The notes under the pieces are model-generated. The model worked only from the letters and a program-made list of their open reading frames with translations, was not told where the DNA came from and did not search any database. From Aplysia californica (Eukaryota), in NCBI RefSeq assembly GCF_000002075.1, contig NW_004797336.1, positions 1,428,432 through 1,492,431 on the forward strand: a DNA stretch of 64,000 nucleotides, read 5' to 3'. Position 1 is the stretch's first letter. The number at the start of each line of letters is the position of its first letter. Below are positions 30,101-38,589 of this stretch, piece after piece. The translations under genes and the position numbers were made by a program.

Positions 30101-30417
30101 CACCATGCCCAAACAAAGGACTTTTCCTTCTGTACAAAAACAAAAAAAAATTGACGAGGAATTTAAAGTACAAACATTTTTTCTCATTCACAAAAAGAAT
30201 GTTCACATCAGTACTATTGGTGCAAACATGCTTCTTCTTTACAATTATTTTAAAACTATGCAGTCAGTTATTGAGTGATCAGTAGAGATCTTCATAAAGT
30301 ATTCAGTTTATAATTAGCAATTTGAAAAACTTACTTTGAATCATCTGCAGCCTGAGCATTCGGCTGGAAAACTCTCAGGCCTTCAAAAGCCTTGATCAAC
30401 TTTTCTATTGTAGCCAT
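79..30417 (-). CDS. HTT: Huntingtin orthologue, 37 coding exons in window, 3' part continues beyond left edge
   Basis: Starts [18 protein letters not shown] (N17). Spliced exons give HTT motifs such as [79 protein letters not shown] and [12 protein letters not shown]. Splice phases agree at all 36 junctions. Confidence 0.97.
235..949 (-). mobile_element. Internally deleted piggyBac-like element in an HTT intron
   Basis: TTAA on both sides (231-234, 950-953); TIR CACATT(C/A)CACCCTAA; broken acidic frame on the minus strand like a transposase N-terminus. Confidence 0.75.
1204..1330 (-). CDS. HTT: HTT coding exon 36 ([12 protein letters not shown])
   Basis: HTT motif. Confidence 0.94.
1999..2227 (-). 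CDS. HTT: HTT coding exon 35 ([12 protein letters not shown]...VVQTP)
   Basis: phase 1-2. Confidence 0.92.
2917..3095 (-). CDS. HTT: HTT coding exon 34 (YLLQVIG...HMFQS)
   Basis: phase 2-1. Confidence 0.93.
3719..3822 (-). CDS. HTT: HTT coding exon 33 ([10 protein letters not shown])
   Basis: phase 0-2. Confidence 0.9.
4374..4484 (-). CDS. HTT: HTT coding exon 32 ([16 protein letters not shown])
   Basis: 111 nt, phase 0-0. Confidence 0.94.
4857..4979 (-). CDS. HTT: HTT coding exon 31 ([17 protein letters not shown])
   Basis: 123 nt. Confidence 0.94.
5604..5720 (-). CDS. HTT: HTT coding exon 30 ([19 protein letters not shown])
   Basis: 117 nt. Confidence 0.96.
5975..6111 (-). CDS. HTT: HTT coding exon 29 ([18 protein letters not shown])
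   Basis: 137 nt. Confidence 0.96.
6686..6834 (-). CDS. HTT: HTT coding exon 28 (LSYEKFHSK...CDGIMASG)
   Basis: 149 nt. Confidence 0.96.
7533..7660 (-). CDS. HTT: HTT coding exon 27 ([26 protein letters not shown])
   Basis: highly conserved motif. Confidence 0.96.
8005..9163. mobile_element. Non-autonomous hAT-like TIR element
   Basis: Termini CAGTGTTTCCAC / GTGGAAGCACTG, flanked by direct repeat ATTTAA; carries a truncated MITE at about 8480-8598. Confidence 0.65.
9327..9416 (-). CDS. HTT: HTT coding exon 26 ([17 protein letters not shown])
   Basis: highly conserved motif. Confidence 0.96.
10277..10352 (-). CDS. HTT: HTT coding exon 25 ([10 protein letters not shown]...KVDK), followed by GC donor
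   Basis: Only AAG|gcgagt keeps the frame with exon 26. Confidence 0.82.
11174..11388 (-). CDS. HTT: HTT coding exon 24 ([13 protein letters not shown]...PGLYHHC)
   Basis: HTT motif. Confidence 0.94.
11680..11865 (-). CDS. HTT: HTT coding exon 23 ([16 protein letters not shown]...CVQQ)
   Basis: 186 nt, phase 0-0. Confidence 0.95.
12005..12440 (+). mobile_element. tRNA-derived SINE, family 1
   Basis: A/B-box head; body and tail (...GCAAGCGCTGTAAAAC) shared with copies at 13 kb, 41.7 kb, 46-49.7 kb and 50.6-57 kb. Confidence 0.75.
12709..12821 (-). CDS. HTT: HTT coding exon 22 ([24 protein letters not shown])
   Basis: HTT motif. Confidence 0.93.
12982..13580 (-). mobile_element. SINE family 1 copy with internal inversion
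   Basis: Tail (12982-13190) and head (13490-13580, TGGCCTAGGGG...GGTTCGAATCC) are minus; middle (about 13190-13470) is plus. Confidence 0.7.
13920..14116 (-). CDS. HTT: HTT coding exon 21 ([16 protein letters not shown])
   Basis: LSPxRRK motif, AG/GT. Confidence 0.92.
14850..14995 (-). mobile_element. LINE (RTE-like) 3' fragment
   Basis: Decayed C-terminal frame ending in purine-rich short repeats. Confidence 0.35.
15172..15301 (-). CDS. HTT: HTT coding exon 20 ([19 protein letters not shown])
   Basis: phase 1-2. Confidence 0.92.
15534..15889 (+). mobile_element. Full-length tRNA-derived SINE, family 2
   Basis: Head GTGGCCTAGTGG...GGTTCGAGCC, CORE-like GTGTCCTTGGGAAAGGCACTT, (ATT)n tail, TSD ATTCTATTCCT at 15523-15533 and 15890-15900. 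Confidence 0.88.
16119..16252 (-). CDS. HTT: HTT coding exon 19 ([13 protein letters not shown])
   Basis: HTT motif, AG/GT. Confidence 0.92.
16573..16733 (-). CDS. HTT: HTT coding exon 18 ([10 protein letters not shown])
   Basis: GCCxAL motif, AG/GT. Confidence 0.92.
17380..17644 (-). CDS. HTT: HTT coding exon 17 (LIPKLFY...DPVLAVA)
   Basis: 265 nt, phase 2-0. Confidence 0.93.
18491..18591 (-). CDS. HTT: HTT coding exon 16 ([10 protein letters not shown])
   Basis: HEAT motif, AG/GT. Confidence 0.94.
18936..19037 (-). CDS. HTT: HTT coding exon 15 ([13 protein letters not shown]...HNYLG)
   Basis: 102 nt, phase 0-0. Confidence 0.92.
19841..20158 (-). mobile_element. SINE family 2 copy
   Basis: Reverse-complement match to 15534-15889. 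Confidence 0.8.
20185..20381 (-). CDS. HTT: HTT coding exon 14 (...NNPYWLVK)
   Basis: YWLV motif, AG/GT. Confidence 0.93.
20842..21006 (-). CDS. HTT: HTT coding exon 13 ([11 protein letters not shown])
   Basis: phase 1-1, AG/GT. Confidence 0.92.
21227..22519 (+). mobile_element. Degenerate mariner (DD34D) transposon in HTT intron
   Basis: TA TSD; about 65-bp TIR starting CGAGGGG; transposase remnants [34 protein letters not shown] with stops and deletions. Confidence 0.92.
22716..22941 (-). CDS. HTT: HTT coding exon 12 ([11 protein letters not shown]...[13 protein letters not shown])
   Basis: HTT motif, AG/GT. Confidence 0.94.
23354..23532 (-). CDS. HTT: HTT coding exon 11
   Basis: phase 1-0, open frame, AG/GT. 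Confidence 0.83.
23879..24027 (-). CDS. HTT: HTT coding exon 10 ([11 protein letters not shown])
   Basis: phase 2-1; resembles the human DGTDNQYLGLQIG segment. Confidence 0.87.
24422..24569 (-). CDS. HTT: HTT coding exon 9 (acidic/Ser-rich disordered region)
   Basis: phase 1-2, open frame, AG/GT. Confidence 0.85.
25126..25318 (-). CDS. HTT: HTT coding exon 8 ([23 protein letters not shown])
   Basis: 193 nt, AG/GT. Confidence 0.93.
25670..25851 (-). CDS. HTT: HTT coding exon 7 (MILPVD...LLGVILCLR)
   Basis: 182 nt, AG/GT. Confidence 0.93.
26213..26354 (-). CDS. HTT: HTT coding exon 6 ([10 protein letters not shown]...)
   Basis: 142 nt, AG/GT. Confidence 0.94.
26738..26876 (-). CDS. HTT: HTT coding exon 5 (PYIVNLLPC...NDTEVK)
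   Basis: 139 nt, AG/GT. Confidence 0.95.
27133..27855 (+). mobile_element. Old piggyBac-like remnant
   Basis: CpG-rich island in a CpG-poor intron, broken acidic frame, degenerate TTAA-like ends; TIRs not clean. Confidence 0.35.
27894..28033 (-). CDS. HTT: HTT coding exon 4 ([17 protein letters not shown]...RPQKC)
   Basis: 140 nt, AG/GT. Confidence 0.95.
28055..28250 (-). mobile_element. RTE-clade LINE 3' fragment
   Basis: RGRPRTTY...WRTMIADV C-terminus with (GAT)n tail, directly beside the exon 4 acceptor. Confidence 0.65.
29347..29467 (-). CDS. HTT: HTT coding exon 3 ([10 protein letters not shown]...[15 protein letters not shown])
   Basis: 121 nt, AG/GT. Confidence 0.95.
29860..29946 (-). 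CDS. HTT: HTT coding exon 2 ([16 protein letters not shown]...)
   Basis: AG/GT boundaries, phase 2-2. Confidence 0.92.
30335..30417 (-). CDS. HTT: HTT coding exon 1 ([27 protein letters not shown])
   Basis: ATG at 30417; acceptor 8 nt upstream (ccctcag|aatcaagtATG); donor AA|gtaag. Confidence 0.95.
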
Positions 30418-30593
30418 ACTTGATTCTGAGGGTGAATTGTTGAGAAATGACATCATAAAAGCAAATAAAAGAGAAAATAAATCAAACACATCAAAGTCAA
30501 GGAAAACATTCCCCAATATAAAGGTACAGAGGTGTCCACTTAACAGCAACCTAAGCTTATATAACAGAATTTTCCCTTTCTAACTACCCCCTT

Positions 30594-30780
30594 AACAGAA
30601 ACCTTTTCCAAGACTAAGAACAGCAACCTTCATTGCTATAAAGTGTCCCAAAATTTATTTTTTGTTAATATTTAAAAAAAACAGTGTGAACAGAAACTTT
30701 TTCCAAGACTAAGAACAGCAACTTTCATTGCTATAAATTGTCCAACAATTTTTTTTTAATATTCAAAAACAGTGAGAACA
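30594..30780. repeat. Two-copy tandem repeat, about 95-bp unit
   Basis: AACAGAAAC.TTTTCCAAGACTAAGAACAGCAAC.TTCATTGCTATAAA occurs twice. Confidence 0.85.
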
Positions 30781-31590
30781 CTGAGACTGGCCCACAAGTC
30801 CTGTAATTTCCCTGTGCATGCGTACCTGCTCTCTTGTTTATTTCTCCACAACACCTACTCTGTCCAAAAATACACTACAGGAGCTCAGTTCACACCTTTC
30901 CATCAATAACAACCTTCTTTTATGAGTCACTGGGCAGGGGAAAAGTCTCAGTTACTGTGACTAACAATACCTGTGATCTGCAATTAGGATTTGCGCAGGT
31001 CCCCCTTTAAAAATTCAATTAGCAGCAAACATCTCCTTCGAGCGACCAAAAGCCTGCTACCCAAGGGGTGTAGATGGATAAAGAAAGAAAGAGAGAAAGA
31101 GAGAAAGAGAGAGAGATAAGAGAGAGATGAGACAGAAAGAGGAAGAGAGAAGAGGGAGACAGGGATTGACAAGCAATAAATAGACCAAGACACAAAAAAA
31201 TGATATAAAAAATATTTGGCTTTTTAAGCCTGCTGCCTTTAAAAAATGTAGGTCTCATTATTGCAGCAAATAAGTGTATTATAAAATAAAATCAATTTCC
31301 AAATATCAGTGTAGAAATTGAAGCAAACAATATTTAAATTAAAGGCAATCTGGATCAGTAGCCAGTACAGCAGCTATTTAAATATTTTCAAACTAGGCAA
31401 GATCTAGACTCAGTTTCAAGTATACAGTAAGACAGTGTAGAATTTACTGTTTTTGAAATTATAAGATTTTCCTTGAAATTGTAGAGTTAACAAGAATACT
31501 TGTCTTGCCAGAGGACCTACAAAAACTGATCAACTTATTGGCTAAAATAGGATTGTAAGCAGTATAGTAGGCCTATGCCTGTATTATATA

Positions 31591-31841
31591 ATAGGTCACT
31601 TTTAAGCTCAAGGGGGCTATCCCAAAAAAAGCAGTTTTGAGAAAATCGAAGGAAAAGTTTTTGCCCCTTGTTCAGTTTCTATAAAAGACAAGGAGAATGT
31701 TTCCTATAACCAAACAAATAAACACACCATTGAAACCAAACTTCTCCTATAAGCAGGCCAATTACCACTTTTGGTGTAGGTCAACATTTCTGGAAACCCC
31801 CGAAATCTGAGTTAGCCCGCTTGTCCTTAAAAGTGACCAAT
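31591..31841. mobile_element. TA-flanked MITE
   Basis: TIR AT(A/T)GGTCACTTTTAAG at both ends. Confidence 0.7.
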
Positions 31842-33828
31842 TATAGTCTAAGTCTCCACCTAAGATCCCGATGCTTGTGAGAGCAAAGAAAAATGCCGGA
31901 TCTTAGTCAACGCACCAAAGGGACAGTCCATGGTGACTCATGTTCTGGTCCACAATCGGTTCAATTGTTTCCCTTTACTCGTAAATGTACTGACATGACC
32001 CTAGGGGTGGGTTACGACTTACATGAGCCTCTGCCAAAAGGTGGGGGTATTTGCATGAAAACTTTTTTTCTAAATCAACCACTACTCAAGGAAAAATATG
32101 TTGTCTACTGAAAACATAACGCATCAAGCTGCATGAGCAGGTAGACTGATGTGCGCATCTTTTAATAACTCTTCATAGAAAGATAATAGTATTAAAAAAT
32201 AGGGCATTTTTTTTACTCATTTTGAGGGCACACGCAATTGTAGGTTGAATACAGAATACTGTAAACCGTAAACTATCAAACAGAAGTGCACTCAAACATT
32301 GAAAATATTTAGTATACACCATCATAACACCATCTGTCCATGGAAAGGGTTTTTTTAAAAATATTTTTATTGATGATGTTACTGCAGAGTAAAATATATA
32401 CATTCATTCATAACTCGAGTCATAATTATATCATCAGACTGTCCAAGGTCTAGAAAAGATAAATTGTTAAACATACCATCCCGAGGACCGGTATTACACA
32501 TTGGTTTGACATCAATCCATCAGAGGGGTAATATTCCGCTCCGTCACATGGTTTTGCTTTAATATGACTTTAATTGAGATAATCCAGGTTTCTCATAATA
32601 ATGTGATGAACAAACACTTTATGATATTTATGCAAAATATGTGTGGAACTTCCCGCTGTTTCACAACATCCTTTTACATCATTGCATAAACATGGAAGAA
32701 CAGCTGATGACTCAAAAGAGACCAGAAGAAGAGGCAAAAATATGCTTGTCATATTTAATCTTATTATGGCAAGCAAAGAGTGGCCAACCTAGATGACCAA
32801 TCCCAGTAGCATGAGACGTGCAATTTTCACTTATCCAGTCAAGTCAAGAGTCTCAAGAACTGTACCAATCCTATTCTGCTCCTCCCCTTTACTGTTTTCC
32901 ATCTCAATCTCTGACCGGGTTCACTCCCCCCGTCCCTGTGGTAACACACCATTGTATTGTGATAGTGATAGCTCCAATTAAAACTTAGTCTGTCTAACAA
33001 ATTTGGGTGCAGAGACTTGAATTGCTGCAATGGTCAGGAAAACCAAATGACCAAAGAGTTCGCAGTTTGATATGATTATGTCTGATAGAGACCCAACCCA
33101 CCAAGCCTGTGATTTTAAGTTTAGGTGGAGAGCTCATCTACGCGAGTGTGATGTTTAGGGCAACAGTGGATAATCTGTGATGCAATGGGCAGTACAGTAA
33201 TCGCACATTTTCACTGCTTGGTTGATCAGCTGCATTCGTCTCGGTTTTTGTTATGGAAATTATTATCTGAAATGCGGGATCTCAGCCTAGTCTTTTAGAG
33301 TGGGATCTTGTCTTAGGGATGATTTTTATATAGGCGTACTGTAGTAAAAATTATGTCTTCTTAATAGATGGAACGCGAATCTGGACCGTAAGCAGTAGAA
33401 TAATAGGCGGAGACTACAGCACTGTAGTAATTTCCGGATTACAACCTTAAGACAAGAACAAACCAAAAATTAAAAGGCAATCTTCTATCTCTAGTTTTGA
33501 CAGTACTAAGACAAGAGCACTGGAATACCAATAATAAACTAAAAGTGTGAGTGAGGGTGAGGAATAAGGGCTAGGGATGAGGTAGCAGTAGCGGTAAGGT
33601 TACAGTGAGTGAGAGGTAGGGGTATAAAACAAAGGGGGGGGGGGTTAAGGGTGTAAGGCTAAGGCTAGCCACGTTAGTTAGATCTAGAATCTAGGGAAGG
33701 GATTCGATGGTAAAAGTTGTACATCTATCCAGAGTAGAGACAGGTAACTTCGTCAGGAGGGGAAATTCGCCACCTGCCCCCCCTCCCCCCCCTACCAATT
33801 TAGAATGGGAATAATCCGATATACCTAC

Positions 33829-34002
33829 CAAGGAAGAGTTTAAGTGTCCAGTTACTTGAGATAAACAATTCTTTGTCAATTGATCAACCAATCAGAAAAA
33901 TTAATTGTCATGACGAAAAACAATCGTGGTGTTTTAAGCATGCGTCTTCCCGCTAAGCTTCCCTTTCCTCCTCTCTCGCCTTATGGCTGCTGCGCCTGCG
34001 CT
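33829..34002 (-). promoter_or_regulatory. Probable HTT promoter and non-coding first exon
   Basis: The ATG exon has an acceptor, so an upstream exon must exist. NRF1-like TGCGCCTGCGC at 33991-34001, donor TTG|gtaggt at 33829/33828, and CpG reappears from about 33.1 kb. Confidence 0.5.
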
Positions 34003-34822
34003 ATTTTTATCTTTCTGTGTCTGCTGCTTACAGCCGTTGCTATACATTACTCAAATTGTGTTGAAACTGCTTTATTGATTAAAATATTATATTTGCTGCA
34101 TTTTTATTGTCGGCTGTATGCATTGTACGCCCTTTTGCAGTTTAAAAATTGTGTTTGTTGTACAGATCTACACCTTGTCCGTGAAATTCGCCCCTATTGT
34201 CGGGGAACTTCACCAGGCAGGTCTATTGATTTTCCATTTGATTTACTACTTTCATTATGGGGAAAACAAGGAAAAGGATTAATAACAAGTATACACACTT
34301 AAACTTTATAAAGTGATTTGGAGAAAGCTGTTTAAGGTGGACAAAGATGCTCTGGGGCAGCCCCAGAATTTACTGTTCCCAGAAAAACTCTTGCCGACCA
34401 CGTCTCCGGTCGATCTACTTTTAGAATGAGGGCTGGGAGGGAGAGAAATAAAGCTAATGACAATTTCCAGCTGCAAAGGAAAGATTAGTTTTTGTTTTTA
34501 ATAATCTAATATACGAAATAAGATGATCTCCCAGTATGGTAATTTCCCCTCAATCTCAAGGACTGGCGAATTTCCTCGATATGGTGGAAAAGTTTCCCAT
34601 GACCACATTCACTTGAAAAAAGAACGAAGCAGCTGAAGTACGACTAGCAAGCAAACTAATCAGTGGACTATCTGCACTTTCATTGGCTACGAAAAGTTTC
34701 AGACGAAACAGGGGTCATGTAGGTTGAGCATAGAGGGGGTGTAGGCTTGTTTTGTCGCGAGCTAACTGAGAGTGGCAAAGTTACCTGCCTCTAATTATCT
34801 AATCACTAAGGCAAAAACCAGT

Positions 34823-35518
34823 TTTAAATCACAAGCGGATAGCTAGAGAGCAAAAACTAAATGCCGTTGGCCGATATTTATAGTAACAGCTATCTTGTTT
34901 GACCTCGCAAAGGCATTACTGATCGTGATTTAAAAATAGCGATGGTTTTGCATAGTGTGCAGTTTGCACTGGCAGTTTTTCCAAGCTTCCCTCTTTGAGT
35001 CTTTCCCTAGCCTATTGGTTCCTCCTAATATACAATATACTTTCCACTTCACAGTATCCATTTCCAAACCCAACAGTCTCGAATTATACTTCATTTGCAG
35101 CTCAGCGTGCTATTGAGCCCAATCTCTTGTAAGTTTTTACAAAAATTAATTTAAAAAAGGATCCGGATCGAAACAGTCAATCATTTGCATTGCTTTATTG
35201 AACTTTGTTTGAACTTGCTTTCGTATGTAGGCCTACTCTTATAAAGTCTTCTTTTTCTTCTCGGTTCACATCAGCATCAATCTGGGTGGAAGATGGGTGC
35301 TGCACAATCAATCACAAACAATCAAACCAAACAGTTCTGCAACTTGTTAAGAAAATAGTCCGAATCGGCAGGCTGCCGCCTGCAGTCATGTTGTCACCAT
35401 GACTGACAAAGTGGGAATACTTCAATGACGTCAAATAAGAAGGTTGTTAAGTACTATAAATATCGGCCAAAGGCATTTTGTAGTTGTCGTTCTCCAGCTA
35501 TCCGCTTGTTTTTAAATT
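34823..35518. mobile_element. Non-autonomous TIR element
   Basis: About 65-bp imperfect inverted repeats (ACAAGCGGATAGCT...TTGGCCGATATTTATAGTA) at 34823-34885 and 35451-35518. Confidence 0.65.
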
Positions 35519-35659
35519 CCAACTCATTTTCTACAATTAGGGGAATAATAATGGCAACCATTCAAGGAAACTAAGATAAGTCTGGGGATCTCTACAAAGA
35601 AATTAAAGCCATAAATACAAAACTACTTCAACTCAAGAGTCAAATCTAAACGCTAATAA

Positions 35660-38589
35660 GGGGTGCCCATTACGGACGGGATCGGTGGGTCGGGCCAATC
35701 GCCCGACTCGGTTGCCTCAAAAACACTGTATGGAGCTGCAGCGAGCACCTAGCCCTCCGTGATTGGCCCAAATAAAGAAGACGTATTTCCGCCATCTATT
35801 TTTGTCGTCTTGGGTTTCCCCCAAGACTCTTGGGTTTCCCTCGCCAGTAACTGTTGACTAGATCTCGTTGTGTTGGGGGGTTTTTTTTTGTATTAATTCA
35901 TAAATGTTATCTTTTATAAAAGGAAGTGGCTATCCTCACCCGGGGTGAGAATAAAAATACGATCGACCTCTCACCCCGGGTGAGACTTACCAGCGTAGGC
36001 TATTCTCACCCAGTGTAAAGCAAGACCTGTTTTTCTTAATTTTTGAATACTGTCTATCTGTGTTGATGGTCAAATAGATAAAAGCAAAGAAAAAATGACG
36101 TTAGGCCTATAGCACAAAAGTAAGCTAATTTGTTCGTCTACAAAGATGCTATGGCTATTTCACTTTTCGAATCGAACCGAACTACGTGTAGACCTGTATG
36201 TGAACCTCAACCAGATTGTCTGAAAATTTTGCGCGCACCCCCCCCCCCCCCCCCTCAATAACTTATAAGAGCTTTTAAATCTGTGGGTGTCCTAAAAGGA
36301 AGGACTTCCGAGTAACAAGCTACCACCCCAACAAAAATAATAAAAGCGACCTAACCCTAACCCAAACCCTACCCCCACGCCTTCCCCAAGAAAGAACCTG
36401 CAACGGTCCTCGTGTAAAAAGGCCAGCACAAGTCAAAAAAAAAAAGCACACTCCAAAACAAACAAGGAGCATAATATGGCCTTCATTGCTATAAAGCTAT
36501 ATATAGGGTTTGACACAACAATACAAAAGAATTGGAATATGAATCCTCCATATAGTTATATAAATAGATCTAGTAAACTAAATAAATCTAGATCTAGATC
36601 TAGTAGAACAAGTGAATAGGAATGGGCCTTGAACGAGAAATCCGCATCCGATTCCGAACAGAGAGGGACTCAGCTGAGTCTACAGATCTAGAATTCTAGA
36701 TTCTAAGTAAATAATTCACGCACCTGACGAAAAGCGCTTTACCAACATTAACATTACAATATTACAGCACTTGTAAGCTATAGAGTTGGAACAAGAATCC
36801 TCCATTGAGGTTTATAATGATCTATAAATTTAGATCTAGATCTAGAGTGGAACAAGTGACTTCGGACTTGAATGAATCCACAAGATCTGAACAATCAGTA
36901 AACAAACGAAATTCAAAATGGCCGCTCGAGCACGAACCTGAAAGTAGATAATTTAGGTTGTCGTGCTTTTTCGTATTTGTATTTCTACTCAGGTTCCGAC
37001 AATTATGTCGGAAACGCCGACGTCGGCAGTCGGCACGAAAATAAAAGTGCTGACAAAGCCGACGGGAGAAAAAGGGGGCGCTGGCAGTCGGCCAGGCCTC
37101 GCACTTCACAATTGACTAATGCTGGCGAGCCTAGCGATAGCATCGGCCGGCTCGCGATTGTTGGATTTCAGACGATTGTCAGAAAACATGCAGGTCTACT
37201 ACGCGGGTCGCCAGTTTGTTTTGCCCGGAAGTTCTCGCAAGGTCTTCTCCTCCCCTCTCTCTCTCTGTCTCTTTCTGAATACTGTCTATCGATGTGGACG
37301 ATCAAATTGACCAAAACAAAGATAAAAATATGACGCTAAAACACAATTTAGTCAATTAATTTGATCGCCTACAAAGATGGTACGGCTATTTAACTTTTCG
37401 AATCGAGCCGAACTACGCGGGTCGCCATTTTGTTTTGCCCGGAAGTTCTCGCGCTACTCCTCTCTCTCTCTCCACTGCCCACAGACACAATTGCACGCTT
37501 TTAGGGGGCTAACAGTAGTAACACAAGAGCGCTGGAAAGTTTGTTCACGGCACAGAATTCTACAATTCTGTTATATTATCACAGTGTAGAATTCTGTGGT
37601 TCAGGGTGAATGCTACACTGGCTGGCCTAGGCTATAACGTTGAACGCCCACCGGGTGAGAATAGCGAAAAGGCTCGCCTGCGCTATTCTCCCCCGGGGTT
37701 AGAATAGAGGTGGCCTTTATAAAAACAAGAAAGTGGCTATTCTCACCCGCCCGGAAGTTCTCGCAAGATCAACTCCTCCCCTCTTCTCTCTCTCTCCGTC
37801 TCTTTCTGAATACTGTCTATCGGTGTGGACGATCAAATTGACCAAAACAAAGTTAAAAAATGATGTTAAAACACAAAAGTAAATAAATTTGGTTGTCTAC
37901 AAAGATGCTACGGCTATTTAACTTTTCGAATCGAGCCGAACTACACGGGTCGCCATTTTGTTTTGCCCGGAAATTCTCGCGCTACTCCTCTCTCTCTTTC
38001 TCTCTCTCTCTCCACTGCCCACAGACAAAATTATATGCTTTTAGTAGGCTACAATTGTAATGGAACGTTTGTTCACGGCACAGAATTCTACAATTTTTCT
38101 GTTATCACAGTGTAGAATTCTGTGGTTTAGGGTGAACGCAAAATTTGGTGAACGCGCACCGGGTGAGAATAGCCACAAGACTCGCCTGCACTATTCTCAC
38201 TCCGGGTGAGAATAGAGGTGGCCAAAAACAATCTCAGAAATTCTCTTTCCATGAATTTACCTTCTCTCCTTAAAGTCGTACACACACACACACACACATA
38301 CGCGCGCACACACACACACAAGCCTGCACGAACACACACGTGCACACACAGCCCTAGCAGTCGGTGATGAAATCTAGTCACGTAGCCCATCGCACGTAAA
38401 GTGGCAACTGGCGAGGAAAGCCACGGAAGACAAATAATAATTCATCAATAGAAGTGTGCTAGATCTAGAATCTAGATCTAGGTGCTCACTGCAGCTTCAT
38501 TCTTTGTCTCAAAAACAAACGTTTGTTTTCAGTTTCAGGCGACCGAGTCGGGCGATCGGCCCGATCCCCAGCCCTAAAATGGGCACCCC
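35660..38589. mobile_element. Nested transposon complex: outer MITE, second TIR element (35724-38506), inner tandem palindrome-rich units (about 35918-38223)
   Basis: Outer TIR GGGGTGCCCATT; second TIR ATG(G/A)AGCTGCAG(C/T)GAGCACCTAG with about 9-bp duplication (C/T)CTCAAAAA; uninterrupted junction visible in the copy at 8480-8598. Confidence 0.75.

Noticed and set aside
31845-33315. Possible decayed Harbinger-type element in the HTT 5' intron
   Set aside because: Only weak TAAGATCCC/GGGATCT inverted matches and no convincing protein motif.
35918-38223. CRISPR-like array of palindromic repeats
   Set aside because: Eukaryotic locus, irregular spacing, repeated rather than unique spacers, no cas genes.
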